Below, in pieces: positions 44,885 to 53,619 of a DNA stretch of 64,000 nt. This stretch comes from a virus (lineage: Duplodnaviria; Caudoviricetes). Numbering within the stretch: the stretch's first letter is position 1; every line of letters starts with the position of its first letter. The stretch spans positions 16,713 to 80,712 of the IMG/VR virus record IMGVR_UViG_3300014039_000027. One strand, given 5' to 3'. A model generated the notes under the pieces. That model was not told the DNA's origin. It ran no database searches and saw only the letters and a list, made by a program, of their open reading frames with translations. The position numbers and the translations under genes are program-made.

Positions 44885-45537
44885 TTCTGCATCCCCTTTC
44901 GTAGTTCGTTCACCGCATCCACCAGTTCGTTGATTTTGGCGACAACGCCATCGTCGCTAAAACTCACGTTCCAACCACGAGGCGGCAACTTGCCAATTTC
45001 TTTCGGCTGCTGTGTCTCTTGGGTCTCATCCGCGTTCGTCCACCGTCCGATGCGCTTATAGCCCTTGAAGCCGTTTTCCGCCTCGTACTTGGTGATGCAG
45101 TCCTCCTCACCGTCCGTAAAATGTACGGTCGGCTCATAGAACCCGCGCTTCCGGCATTTTTCGCACCGGCAGACACTCTTGATATACCCCACGCGGCCAT
45201 CCGCGGTCTCCACAAAGTCTCCTTCGTGCAGGTTTCCCGGCACCATCATCAGTTTCGTGGAGCTCATCTTGTCGAGCTCATCCTTTTCTGCATATCCGCA
45301 ATCCCTGATCGCTCTGATCCACGCAAAGTCGTACTTGCCAATGCGAGTAAAATTCTGCGGCAGATCCTCTATATTGCCACTCCAGCCCGTCTGCGTCCCA
45401 TCGTCCCACTTGAAAATGAAACTGTGCCCGGACACTAATCGCTGGTGAGACGACACATATCCGGTAAGCGTTTTGGATGATGTGCCATCGGCACGTTCCA
45501 GCCTCACATAATCTCCCACATGAAATGTGTATATCAT
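44881..45537 (-). CDS. Hypothetical protein with two SH3/KOW-like repeats
   Basis: FHVGDYVRL... and LHEGDFVETADGRVGYI. Confidence 0.6.
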   Translation of the reverse strand: MIYTFHVGDYVRLERADGTSSKTLTGYVSSHQRLVSGHSFIFKWDDGTQTGWSGNIEDLPQNFTRIGKYDFAWIRAIRDCGYAEKDELDKMSSTKLMMVPGNLHEGDFVETADGRVGYIKSVCRCEKCRKRGFYEPTVHFTDGEEDCITKYEAENGFKGYKRIGRWTNADETQETQQPKEIGKLPPRGWNVSFSDDGVVAKINELVDAVNELRKGMQK

Positions 45538-46061
45538 TTCTGCTCGCCCTCCTGCAGCGCTTTCTCCGCCTCCTCGCTGGTGAGGAATACGGTTCGCCCA
45601 ATGGCAAACCGTAGCGGCGTGATAATCGGCGCAAGGGTGTCTGTAGCCAGAACCGCGCTCACTCCCGGTTTTGAAAATCCGTTCACGCGGAACTCGATAG
45701 CGGTTTTCTCTACGACCTCACCGCAAAGGATCGTATATACCTTGTCCCCCACCCTGAATGGAAGTACCACCAATCTTTTATCTTTGTTTGCCTTGCAGAT
45801 TTCTCGTATCATATCGATCCCACCGCACTCCCCCACAGCGGTGCATAGGTCGCTCCAGTCTTTAATCAGCTCAGACACCTCCGCTGGCGTTAGCCCCGTG
45901 TCCTCATATTCCACCAGCCGGTCTAACAAACGATTGCGGCAATACAGCGCAGTGCAGTCAGCCATTGGCTTACCATGCTTACCCGTCCAATCCGCTTCGC
46001 ACTTCTGGCAGTCCATCATTGCTTGTCCATCGGTGTCACGCTTCGTCATTCTTTTGTTCAT
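45534..46061 (-). CDS. Hypothetical protein
   Basis: DRL.EYEDTGLTP; RLVVLPFRVGDKVY; GRTVFLT.EEAEKAL. Confidence 0.65.
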   Translation of the reverse strand: MNKRMTKRDTDGQAMMDCQKCEADWTGKHGKPMADCTALYCRNRLLDRLVEYEDTGLTPAEVSELIKDWSDLCTAVGECGGIDMIREICKANKDKRLVVLPFRVGDKVYTILCGEVVEKTAIEFRVNGFSKPGVSAVLATDTLAPIITPLRFAIGRTVFLTSEEAEKALQEGEQK

Positions 46062-46588
46062 TTCTGCTCCTCCACATAGCACCAGCTCTGGGGCGGGCGC
46101 TTAATATGACCGCCATTTTCGCAAGATGCACAGCCAAACTCATCACACACTTTGTCTATGCAGTGTTCAAACGGGTGTGAAAACTCGCTCAGATTCTTCG
46201 GCTTATCGTAGATTTTCATTTCGGAGATGTGCCAGCCGTAGCCCTTTGCCGCTTTCAGATATTCGTGCATATCTCTGAGGGTCAGGCACGACTGCTGCGC
46301 CACATCGTTTGTTGTCGGCTGATCTTCTCCATTGACGTAGTAGCTGCCGCCGGGTAAGCGCGTTTCCAGCTCGTAGATGCGGTCGCAGGTAAACTCACCA
46401 ATAACACGCCCTCCGACTCTGAATACCATGATGCCGTCCTTCTCCACAAATCCCCTTGTCTCATAGATGTAGCACTTGAACGGCGTTTGCAGTTTCGGGC
46501 GGGTCTTTCTGACCTCGATAGTTTTTTCACCGCTGGCAATCCTCTCGCACCACTTCGGGCGTATGCTTATCATCACGGCCTTGCTCAT
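46058..46588 (-). CDS. ASCH-domain protein
   Basis: MISIRPKWCERIASGEKTIEVRKT.P; G.VIGEF. Confidence 0.75.
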   Translation of the reverse strand: MSKAVMISIRPKWCERIASGEKTIEVRKTRPKLQTPFKCYIYETRGFVEKDGIMVFRVGGRVIGEFTCDRIYELETRLPGGSYYVNGEDQPTTNDVAQQSCLTLRDMHEYLKAAKGYGWHISEMKIYDKPKNLSEFSHPFEHCIDKVCDEFGCASCENGGHIKRPPQSWCYVEEQK

Positions 46589-47019
46589 GTCTTTTCCTCC
46601 TCCCACGGCGTATTCACGCACTCCGGTTTCTTACACCGCATCTCAATGGCCCACAGCAAATTCCATGCCGCTGCCAGCAGGTGGTCCTCGTCGGTCTGAC
46701 CGTCCAGATACTTCGCCGCGTGGCGCATGGCGCTGTCCAACAGGCTGCTGGTGGGGATGCCCTTATCGACGTTGTGTTCCCCATATTTCAGTGCCCCGGC
46801 CTCACAGTGCTTACTTACCTCGATGATCGCCGCCCAGGGCAGAAGATCCATGCGGCCTTTCCCGCCGTGCATATCCCGCTGCGCCCCGGTGCTGAAGGTG
46901 GTACGCTCTCCGCTGTCCTTGATACCTGTGTGAAGGCTCGCCGCATAACACTCCGGGCACAGCTCTGAATTAACGCTGTTTGTAGTAAATTCCCTTCCGC
47001 ATCGTGTACACACGCTCAT
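46585..47019 (-). CDS. dATP/dGTP diphosphohydrolase-like (DUF5664) protein
   Basis: TGAQRD..GGKGRMDLLP; GALKYGE.N..KGIP; DHLLAAAWN. Confidence 0.75.
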   Translation of the reverse strand: MSVCTRCGREFTTNSVNSELCPECYAASLHTGIKDSGERTTFSTGAQRDMHGGKGRMDLLPWAAIIEVSKHCEAGALKYGEHNVDKGIPTSSLLDSAMRHAAKYLDGQTDEDHLLAAAWNLLWAIEMRCKKPECVNTPWEEEKT

Positions 47020-47243
47020 TTCTCTTCCTCCCGCTTCAATATTCCCATGTCAACACACAGGTCGATCAGTTTGTCATCGTTCAGTTCTATGGCTCGCTTC
47101 GCAATTTCTGTCAGATAGCCGTTGAGCAGAGCAAGTCCAATGCCTATGCTAAGAGCGTTTTCTCTTGCCGCATTGCTCCTGCTTGCACTCACCGTCCTGT
47201 CGATCTTCTCGACCAAGTTGTTGTAGTCCATTTTCACTCTCAT
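47016..47243 (-). CDS. Hypothetical protein
   Basis: 75-aa coupled ORF. Confidence 0.55.
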   Translation of the reverse strand: MRVKMDYNNLVEKIDRTVSASRSNAARENALSIGIGLALLNGYLTEIAKRAIELNDDKLIDLCVDMGILKREEEK

Positions 47244-47638
47244 GCCCGTTCCTCCATCATCCTTGCCATCCTCATATCCAGCGGTTCCCCGCGGAACTTT
47301 ATCTCCGGCGCAAAGGTCGTCATGCTCTTTGGCCTGCTGCTCACGCGCATCTTGTAGCGCTTCTCAAATTCTCTCGCATACCACTCCCAGAAGATATACC
47401 CGTAAGGATTTCCTTCGTTGTGGCTCTGCAGCGCAAGCAAATGGCACATTCTCCGGTTCCATATAACGGCGACATCACCATCTCGCGGTGCAGGAATATA
47501 CGCCGCCGGTTCCCAGCCGTATAACCGCCTGGTGTGCAAGCACCACGCCTTAGTAAAGATCAGGCGGCTCATACCGCCCATGCCGGTCGTGTAATACTCT
47601 CTCAGGTTCTCAGTAAGCCTACGGTTTATTGATGGCAT
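47240..47638 (-). CDS. Hypothetical protein
   Basis: 132-aa ORF with GGAGGTG RBS. Confidence 0.55.
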   Translation of the reverse strand: MPSINRRLTENLREYYTTGMGGMSRLIFTKAWCLHTRRLYGWEPAAYIPAPRDGDVAVIWNRRMCHLLALQSHNEGNPYGYIFWEWYAREFEKRYKMRVSSRPKSMTTFAPEIKFRGEPLDMRMARMMEERA

Positions 47639-47675
47639 ATCATCTCACCTCCAAGCGATAGCGCCAGTGCCCATC

Positions 47676-48749
47676 TCAATACATCACTCCTATGTAGTCC
47701 AGCACCCGCGCATAGCCCAGGCCGTCCTTCGTGGGCTTCCACAGCCCGTCCGTGTCAAACGCCCCGCCGCCGATGCAGAATTGGTAATGCTTCGGATGCG
47801 TCAGTTTCATGCGCTCAAAGCGGTTAATTCCCTTTTCCAGATGCGCACCGAACCCACAGAACATACACCCTGTGCGTTGGCACCCCGTGCAGTGCAGCGG
47901 GCAGTCCACCAGCGTCGCGTCATAGTCGTTCTCGCCGTCGCTGGCCACGATGTCACCGTACACGCTGGCGTAGGGGAGTTGGTGGTCAACGATAAACCGC
48001 AGCACGTCCTGCTCCGTCCAAAAGCTCATGGGCTTGCCCATCGGTCGCTTGCCTTCAAAGGCGTTGCAGCCAGTTTCGCGCCATTTTTGCATCCGCAGCA
48101 TGCTTTCTTCCGCCATTGTTGCCGTCATTGGTTTGACATTCGCTCGGTGCTCATAGCTCTTGGCGGGGGACTTTTTCATAATCCCACAGCACTTGTCTGA
48201 TATGAGAAAAGGAGCCGAAAGCAAATACTCCCACTTTTCACAGTTGTACATACTCTTTTCCCCATCGGCGCGTAAGACTTCCCCACGCAATAGCTTCATA
48301 CTGCGGCTATCCGGGGAACGCCGTGCGGTCTCTATTCTGAGCGCTACGTTTTTACCGATGATGCTGTACCCGTACTTCGTCACCACCTGCGTGATGTTCA
48401 TTTTTGGCCGCAGGCGAATGAGGTTGACAGTGATGCGTGGGAACTCCCTGCGGAGCCAGTCGGCGTACTCATTCACGAACCGCTGTATCTCCGGGTACTC
48501 CAGCCCAGTGTTCACAAAAACCAGGTTCAGCGGCCATATCGGTGTTCTGTAGCTTGCCAGATACCGTGCCGCCAGATACGCCAGCACTGTGCTGTCCTTC
48601 CCGCCGGAGAAGCTGACGTAGCACTGTCCGCCCCATGCGGTGTACCACTCGTCCAGCTTTTCGTAGGTCAGTATCTCCTTGTCCTGCACGTCCAGCGCCA
48701 TCAGTTTCTTCGCCGCCTCATTCGTCAGCGGCTGGTTCATCCTTCCCAT
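47676..48749 (-). CDS. PAPS-reductase-family (PP-loop ATPase, probable Fe-S) protein
   Basis: VSFSGGKDSTVL, NTGLEYPEI, DKCC, RTGCMFCGFG. Confidence 0.85.
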   Translation of the reverse strand: MGRMNQPLTNEAAKKLMALDVQDKEILTYEKLDEWYTAWGGQCYVSFSGGKDSTVLAYLAARYLASYRTPIWPLNLVFVNTGLEYPEIQRFVNEYADWLRREFPRITVNLIRLRPKMNITQVVTKYGYSIIGKNVALRIETARRSPDSRSMKLLRGEVLRADGEKSMYNCEKWEYLLSAPFLISDKCCGIMKKSPAKSYEHRANVKPMTATMAEESMLRMQKWRETGCNAFEGKRPMGKPMSFWTEQDVLRFIVDHQLPYASVYGDIVASDGENDYDATLVDCPLHCTGCQRTGCMFCGFGAHLEKGINRFERMKLTHPKHYQFCIGGGAFDTDGLWKPTKDGLGYARVLDYIGVMY

Positions 48750-48759
48750 CGGCATCACC

Positions 48760-49068
48760 TCACAGGCAGAACTGAAGGTAGTCCCGCAAAGTCTGCTTCG
48801 CACGGTTCACGCTCCGGCTGACCGTGCTCTTATTCACGTCGTGCAGCTCCGCGATCTCCGTCACGCTCATGCCACCCTCGTACATCTCGCTCAGATACAC
48901 CCACTGCTCATCGCCCAGTTTCAGAGCCGCTTTCGGGAAGTGCCGCCGCAGCCGAAGCAAAACGCCGCGGTTCGCCTCCTGGTCCAGTTGCAAAACATCC
49001 AGACGCCCCTCCAGCACTTCGTCCAGCAGGACCTCCGTAGCCACGCCCCCCATCTTCCGTGTAGTCAT
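48760..49068 (-). CDS. Sigma-70 region 4-like HTH protein
   Basis: MSVTEIAELHDVNKSTVSRSVNRAKQTL. Confidence 0.7.
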   Translation of the reverse strand: MTTRKMGGVATEVLLDEVLEGRLDVLQLDQEANRGVLLRLRRHFPKAALKLGDEQWVYLSEMYEGGMSVTEIAELHDVNKSTVSRSVNRAKQTLRDYLQFCL

Positions 49069-49070
49069 GT

Positions 49071-49490
49071 TCACACATCCTCCCTGCCGTGGTAGCTCCT
49101 CACGAACTCGCACTGCGCCTCGGCATAGCTTTCCGGTAACGACACCACGAAAGAAGCGATTGAGAAATAGTAGCCACCATTGCCCCCATCCGCATTGGCC
49201 TCGATCATACAGATTGCGTTACGGTTGTGCATGATAGTCACTCGCGCCTTGCAGCCATAGGTATCATCATCTTCCCACGGCTCATATTCTATGTCAGATA
49301 CCGCGGTAATGGCCGCATCCAGTTTCACGCCTGAGAACTCCGAGTCAACTCCTGCACAGCAGTCCCAGTCTGTCCTTTCAACTTGCAATTTCAGCCCTGT
49401 ATCTAATTCAATGTGATACTCACCCCATGCCACGATTTTCCGGTACAGTAGCAATTCTTTCAGTTCTTCAAAGTTGATTATTTTTCTCAT
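49071..49490 (-). CDS. Hypothetical protein
   Basis: DWDCCA...NADGGNGGYYFS; start MRKIINF. Confidence 0.6.
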   Translation of the reverse strand: MRKIINFEELKELLLYRKIVAWGEYHIELDTGLKLQVERTDWDCCAGVDSEFSGVKLDAAITAVSDIEYEPWEDDDTYGCKARVTIMHNRNAICMIEANADGGNGGYYFSIASFVVSLPESYAEAQCEFVRSYHGREDV

Positions 49491-49504
49491 TTCACGGTCC
49501 CTCC

Positions 49505-50143
49505 CTATACTTCGTCGCCCCAACAGTCCCAGCCGTCCGCCTGCTGTCTGGCAAACAGCTCGATGCGGGATATGTCTCCCATCAATTCCACGATCCGGTC
49601 TCTTACCTCGTCTGGCTTCCGGCTGTGCTCTCTCACATGGTTCAGCACCACACTGTGTACGCCCTTGCTCAAACGCTTCGGCTTGCCCCTTGTCGCCAGC
49701 AGGCACAGCTCCGCGTTGGCCCTGGTCCAGAACCCCAGCCCCCAAAACAGCCCGTCCGACTTCCGGTTCTGCTTTACCCATGTAAACGCGCAGGTCTTAT
49801 AGGTAAAGCCCCATTTGCGTATCAGCTCTAAGCCCTCTTCCAAACACGGCATCGTCACCCACAGAAACAGTACGCAGTCCTCCGCCGCTATGCCCTGCAC
49901 CGGCAGCGCCTGAATGTCCTCTTTACTCATGCAGGCGTAGTGGTTTTCCGCAGACTTCTTTTCCTTGCCCTTCGCGCTGTATGTCTTAAACGTCCACGGC
50001 GGGTCCGCATAGATCACGCTGTGCTTCTTATCAGTCTCCAAAATGTCTACTACCATATCCAAAGCACTCCCTCGATCTAACTTGCCGATCATTCGCTCCC
50101 GGCCCTTTGACAAAAGGTAGTCTAATCGCCGTGTCAAGGACAC
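49505..50143 (-). CDS. MT-A70-family adenine methyltransferase (true start uncertain)
   Basis: IYADPPW, LFLWVT, WGFTYKT, TRAN.E.CL, HSRKPD, RIELFAR. Confidence 0.88.
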   Translation of the reverse strand: MSLTRRLDYLLSKGRERMIGKLDRGSALDMVVDILETDKKHSVIYADPPWTFKTYSAKGKEKKSAENHYACMSKEDIQALPVQGIAAEDCVLFLWVTMPCLEEGLELIRKWGFTYKTCAFTWVKQNRKSDGLFWGLGFWTRANAELCLLATRGKPKRLSKGVHSVVLNHVREHSRKPDEVRDRIVELMGDISRIELFARQQADGWDCWGDEV

Positions 50144-50149
50144 TCCGGA

Positions 50150-51250
50150 ACTTTTTTACCTGCTCCGCACATACACCCCGCCGCAAGACCACAGCACTTC
50201 CACCGCCGCCGCACAAAGGCCGTACCTCTCCATCACATATATGGCGCTTGCGCCCGCCGAAATTTTAATTTTTCGACCCCGCCCCTTTGGCCGTTTCGTT
50301 TTTTCGCTCCGGTTTCAAAACCACCCCCCTACCCCCTAACTTGCCGGTAACTTGCGCGAGCAGCGCTAATGTGTGTCGGGGAGAGGATCGTGGGAGAAAC
50401 AGGGAGGGAACGTGTACGGGAGGGGGAGAGTTGCGTAGCAGAGAGAAAAGGCTTCGCCCTTCCGGTTTGTAAACCTCCCCCGGGGGCTGCCCTGGGGCGG
50501 TCAGGTGGTGCCGGTGGTAGTCAGCGGGTGCCGCTGGCCGTCATTCCTTCCGGGTTTTGCAGGAAAAGCGCCCGCCGCCGGGGAACATTCCTTTCCATAT
50601 TGCCCTAATATGGAAAGGGATGTCCCGATTTTCGCAAGTTTGCCTTCATTTTGCATTTTTTCGACGTTTTTAGCGCCTGCCGCTGGCCCTGGCGGTGGTC
50701 CTCGCTGGTGGTCAGATTGTCCAGTTCATAGGCCGGGGCGCTCGCCGCCGCTGCCGGTCGCCGCCTGTCAGCCGTTCGGCCCGGAACATAGGCCGCCGGG
50801 TGACTCTCCTTCCCTCCCCTCGCCGCTGCTCTTTTCTTCCGGTCAGCGCTTCCCGCTGATGGTCTCCGTCCTGCTCCGGTGTTCTTCTGCTTTGGGCGTT
50901 CTGCTGGGGGCTTTGGCGTCCGGTTCTTCTCTGCTGGTGGTGTTGTATACGGGAGTATATTTTTCTTTAATTCAACCGCGCCCGGAATAAACGCGCGCGC
51001 ACGCGTAAGGGCTGGCGGTGGTCTTTCCTGCTTCTTTGCCCTCTGCGGGGCTGCTGGTGGCGTTTTTCTTTGGGGGCTGGTGTCGGGGTATTCCCTCGAC
51101 GCTGCAAAAGCGTAGCGGGGCGTTTCTGTTCGATTTCTTTATTTCCGGAGGTAAATTCCTTCCAGCGAAAACGGCATAAAATAAGTACCTACGGGGCCGG
51201 GGGTTTCGGGCCGTAGGTACTGGCGGGGGCTTCTTCTGTTGTCTGCTCAT
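50150..51250. other. Largely non-coding region, candidate packaging/genome-terminus zone
   Basis: No credible ORFs; C-rich to G-rich switch at about 50350; AAAACCACCCCCCTACCCCCT and GAAATTTTAATTTTTCG tracts. Confidence 0.45.
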
Positions 51251-51253
51251 GGG

Positions 51254-51529
51254 TCAGGCGGTGACGATCTCGGCGGGGCTGGGGCTGCCGTAGAAGTCTC
51301 CGGCCCACGCCTGGAAAATGCCGCCTTTAGCGCTTACAGCTGTTACCCATCCGGCCACATTGGCGGCGACGCGGCACGGGACGCGGGGGAAGTGCTGGCC
51401 CACGTCAAGCCAAACGGGCACGCCGTGCGCTGCTGCGGCTCTGATCTCGGCGGCGGTGTAAAGCCGCGCTTTTCCCTCTGGGGCGATGTTGTACAGGTTC
51501 TCCGGGCTGGTGGTGTTGTTGGTCGTCAT
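51254..51529 (-). CDS. Hypothetical protein
   Basis: MTTNNTTSPENL, AGGAG RBS. Confidence 0.55.
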   Translation of the reverse strand: MTTNNTTSPENLYNIAPEGKARLYTAAEIRAAAAHGVPVWLDVGQHFPRVPCRVAANVAGWVTAVSAKGGIFQAWAGDFYGSPSPAEIVTA

Positions 51530-51572
51530 GGTGTCTTGTCTCCTTCCTGCGCCCTGCTGGGCGCGTCCGTGG

Positions 51573-52175
51573 TCAGTCCTGGGCGTCCTCCTGCTGCGCG
51601 TGGTAGCGGTCGCGCATGGCGTACAGGCGGCGCGAAATGGTGGACCGGTCAACCATCAGCGCGGCGGCGATCTCCGCCGTAGTGTACCCGCGGGCGGTCA
51701 TGGTCAGGGCTACGCGGTCCACCTGGTCGCGGGCGACGCTCTCCACGCTCTCGCGCAGGATCGCGGCGGCCTCCGGGCTGGGTGCTATCGCGTTGCAGTC
51801 CGTCCCGCCTTCGGTGTCGATCTGCCAGCGCTCCGCGCCGTCGTCGTCAATGGTGGCGGAAATGGCGCGGGCGTGTCTCTGCTCGGCTCTGCTGATACTG
51901 TGCGCGGCCTGGGCTGCTGCCCGGTACAGGATCACCGTCAGCGGCGCGGGCGCGTCCTGGGCTTCGTTGCGCGTCAGCGCGGCGCCCATCCGCGTCCATG
52001 CGTCCGCGGCTACGGTCTGCGCGTCGTCCTCGGTCTCGATCCACGCGGCGCCGGTCTGGTTGCGGGCCTCTGCCTTGCGGCGCACAGTCCACGCCATCGC
52101 CACAAGCGCCCTATACTGTTGTTCCCCGGTCATGGTCTCCCACTCGGCGCGGGCGGTCTTGGTGTTCTCGTTCAT
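51573..52175 (-). CDS. ECF-like sigma-70 factor
   Basis: Region 2-like EDDAQTVAADAWTRM; region 4 GYTTAEIAAALMVDRSTISRRL. Confidence 0.6.
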   Translation of the reverse strand: MNENTKTARAEWETMTGEQQYRALVAMAWTVRRKAEARNQTGAAWIETEDDAQTVAADAWTRMGAALTRNEAQDAPAPLTVILYRAAAQAAHSISRAEQRHARAISATIDDDGAERWQIDTEGGTDCNAIAPSPEAAAILRESVESVARDQVDRVALTMTARGYTTAEIAAALMVDRSTISRRLYAMRDRYHAQQEDAQD

Positions 52176-52248
52176 GGTCTGTTGTCCTCCTGTATAGTAG
52201 TTATAGGGCGGGGCTGATACGCTCAACCCCTCCGGAAGCGCCAGGCGG

Positions 52249-52449
52249 CTACCCTTCCACCGTTTCCACGGTCAGCCGGACCGCCTCGAAATCTGTAATT
52301 AGACCGCGGGCGCAATCCTCTAAAATCGTTTGTAGTTTCCCGGCCTTCCGTGCCCATTCCCGAGCGTCGCCGCCCTGCTTCCAGACTTCCAGCAGCTGCC
52401 GCCGTTCCGCTGTAATAAATTCCCTGGTGTATCGCTTCATTTTCTCCAC
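52249..52449 (-). CDS. Small hypothetical protein
   Basis: 66 aa with AAGGAGG RBS. Confidence 0.6.
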   Translation of the reverse strand: MEKMKRYTREFITAERRQLLEVWKQGGDAREWARKAGKLQTILEDCARGLITDFEAVRLTVETVEG

Positions 52450-52453
52450 CTCC

Positions 52454-52630
52454 TTAAAAACTGGGCTGCAGCCGAATTTCCCACGTTCCGCAGATGTCGC
52501 CCGCGGCGTTCTTCCGGGCCTTCTTCAGGGCCTTATCGATCGCCGCCGCCTTGTCCGGGGCGCTCACGGTAAACGCCTGGTGTTTGCCGCCGTTGTCCAC
52601 GCAGTGAAAAGAGAATTTGTAGTTTGTCAT
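52454..52630 (-). CDS. Small hypothetical protein
   Basis: MTNYKFSFHCVDNGGKHQAF; GGAGG RBS. Confidence 0.6.
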   Translation of the reverse strand: MTNYKFSFHCVDNGGKHQAFTVSAPDKAAAIDKALKKARKNAAGDICGTWEIRLQPSF

Positions 52631-52677
52631 CGTCTGTACCTCCAAAAAATTATTGTTGCCTTTGATTTACATATACA

Positions 52678-52706
52678 ATTATAATTGTAAAACATGATAA
52701 AATCAA
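52678..52706 (-). promoter_or_regulatory. Leftward sigma70 promoter
   Basis: TTGATT-17-TATAAT on the minus strand. Confidence 0.65.
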
Positions 52707-52748
52707 TATGCGATATTATACAAGAAAATGATAATATCATTGTAAAAA

Positions 52749-52777
52749 TTGACAAAATCAAAAAATCGTGTTATCAT
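52749..52777 (+). promoter_or_regulatory. Rightward sigma70 promoter
   Basis: TTGACA-17-TATCAT with extended -10 TG. Confidence 0.7.
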
Positions 52778-52841
52778 ATGCACAATTTCAGCCCATGCCG
52801 GTAGACTATACAGCGACACGGGCACAAAGAGAGGTGATACA

Positions 52842-53087
52842 ATGGACGCAAGCCGCGCAACTCGTCATTTGCTCGTTGATTCCGGCATCCGTGAAGCCGA
52901 ACTTGCAAGGCGTATTGGCGTCGCCCCGCAAAACCTCAACACCCGGCTAAAGGCTCCGCAAAATTGGCGTGTTGACGACCTGGGCAAAATTGCCGCCGCC
53001 TGCGGTGCCCGTTTTGTTTGCGGGTACGAGACCGCCGCCGGGGATTTTATCGAGATCACCCCGACCGCCAACACCCCCACCACCTGA
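52842..53087 (+). CDS. XRE-like HTH regulator
   Basis: REAELARRIGVAPQNLNTRL; GAGGTG RBS. Confidence 0.75.
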   Translation: MDASRATRHLLVDSGIREAELARRIGVAPQNLNTRLKAPQNWRVDDLGKIAAACGARFVCGYETAAGDFIEITPTANTPTT

Positions 53088-53190
53088 ACAGCCGCCCCGG
53101 AAAAATGCGGGGCAAAACACGAACAGCGCCCCCGGAGATTTTCCGGGAGCGCTTTTTTCATGCCCTGAACAGGGCGGAAAGGAGAACACC

Positions 53191-53403
53191 ATGCAAGAGA
53201 AGATCGAAATCCGCGGACGCTTTACCCCCTGGCACGAGGCCACCAAGGAACAGGCCGCCCAGCTTGCCCGCCACCATTTGCACAATCTGCCCGCCATCCC
53301 GGAGGCCCAGCGCCCCGCATACATCGAGGCGCATTTCCTGCGCGGCGCGACCTGCGCGGAAGTCCTGCCGGAACTGACCACGAAGGAGGCCACCGCCCTA
53401 TGA
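53191..53403 (+). CDS. Small hypothetical protein
   Basis: AAAGGAG RBS; 70 aa. Confidence 0.65.
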   Translation: MQEKIEIRGRFTPWHEATKEQAAQLARHHLHNLPAIPEAQRPAYIEAHFLRGATCAEVLPELTTKEATAL

Positions 53404-53501
53404 CCGTCTTTTCCTACATCGTCACCGCCACCGGCGCCGCCACCCTGGCGGCGCTTTTTGTTCGCCTGCTGGACCGGATCGACCGCCCCGGCAAGCGCTG
53501 A
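53400..53501 (+). CDS. 33-aa single-TM peptide
   Basis: ATGA-coupled; MTVFSYIVTATGAATLAALFVRLLDRIDRPGKR. Confidence 0.45.
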   Translation: MTVFSYIVTATGAATLAALFVRLLDRIDRPGKR

Positions 53502-53619
53502 ACAGCCGCGGCGCCGCCTCTGGGGAGTTGGGCGCACCAGCTCCACCCCATCGAGAAAAGTAAAATTCACTCCGCCATTGACACGGGCGGCAGACTACAC
53601 AACAGGAGGAACAAACGAC

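Noticed and set aside
50704-51060. Three E. coli Chi octamers (GCTGGTGG) within 360 bp
   Set aside because: The host appears to be a Firmicute with a different Chi; the region is generally GGTGG-rich and the octamer also occurs scattered in GC-rich coding DNA
52720-52742. Fur-box-like AATGATAATATCATT between the divergent promoters
   Set aside because: Only a partial match in very AT-rich promoter DNA; more likely an operator of the adjacent XRE protein
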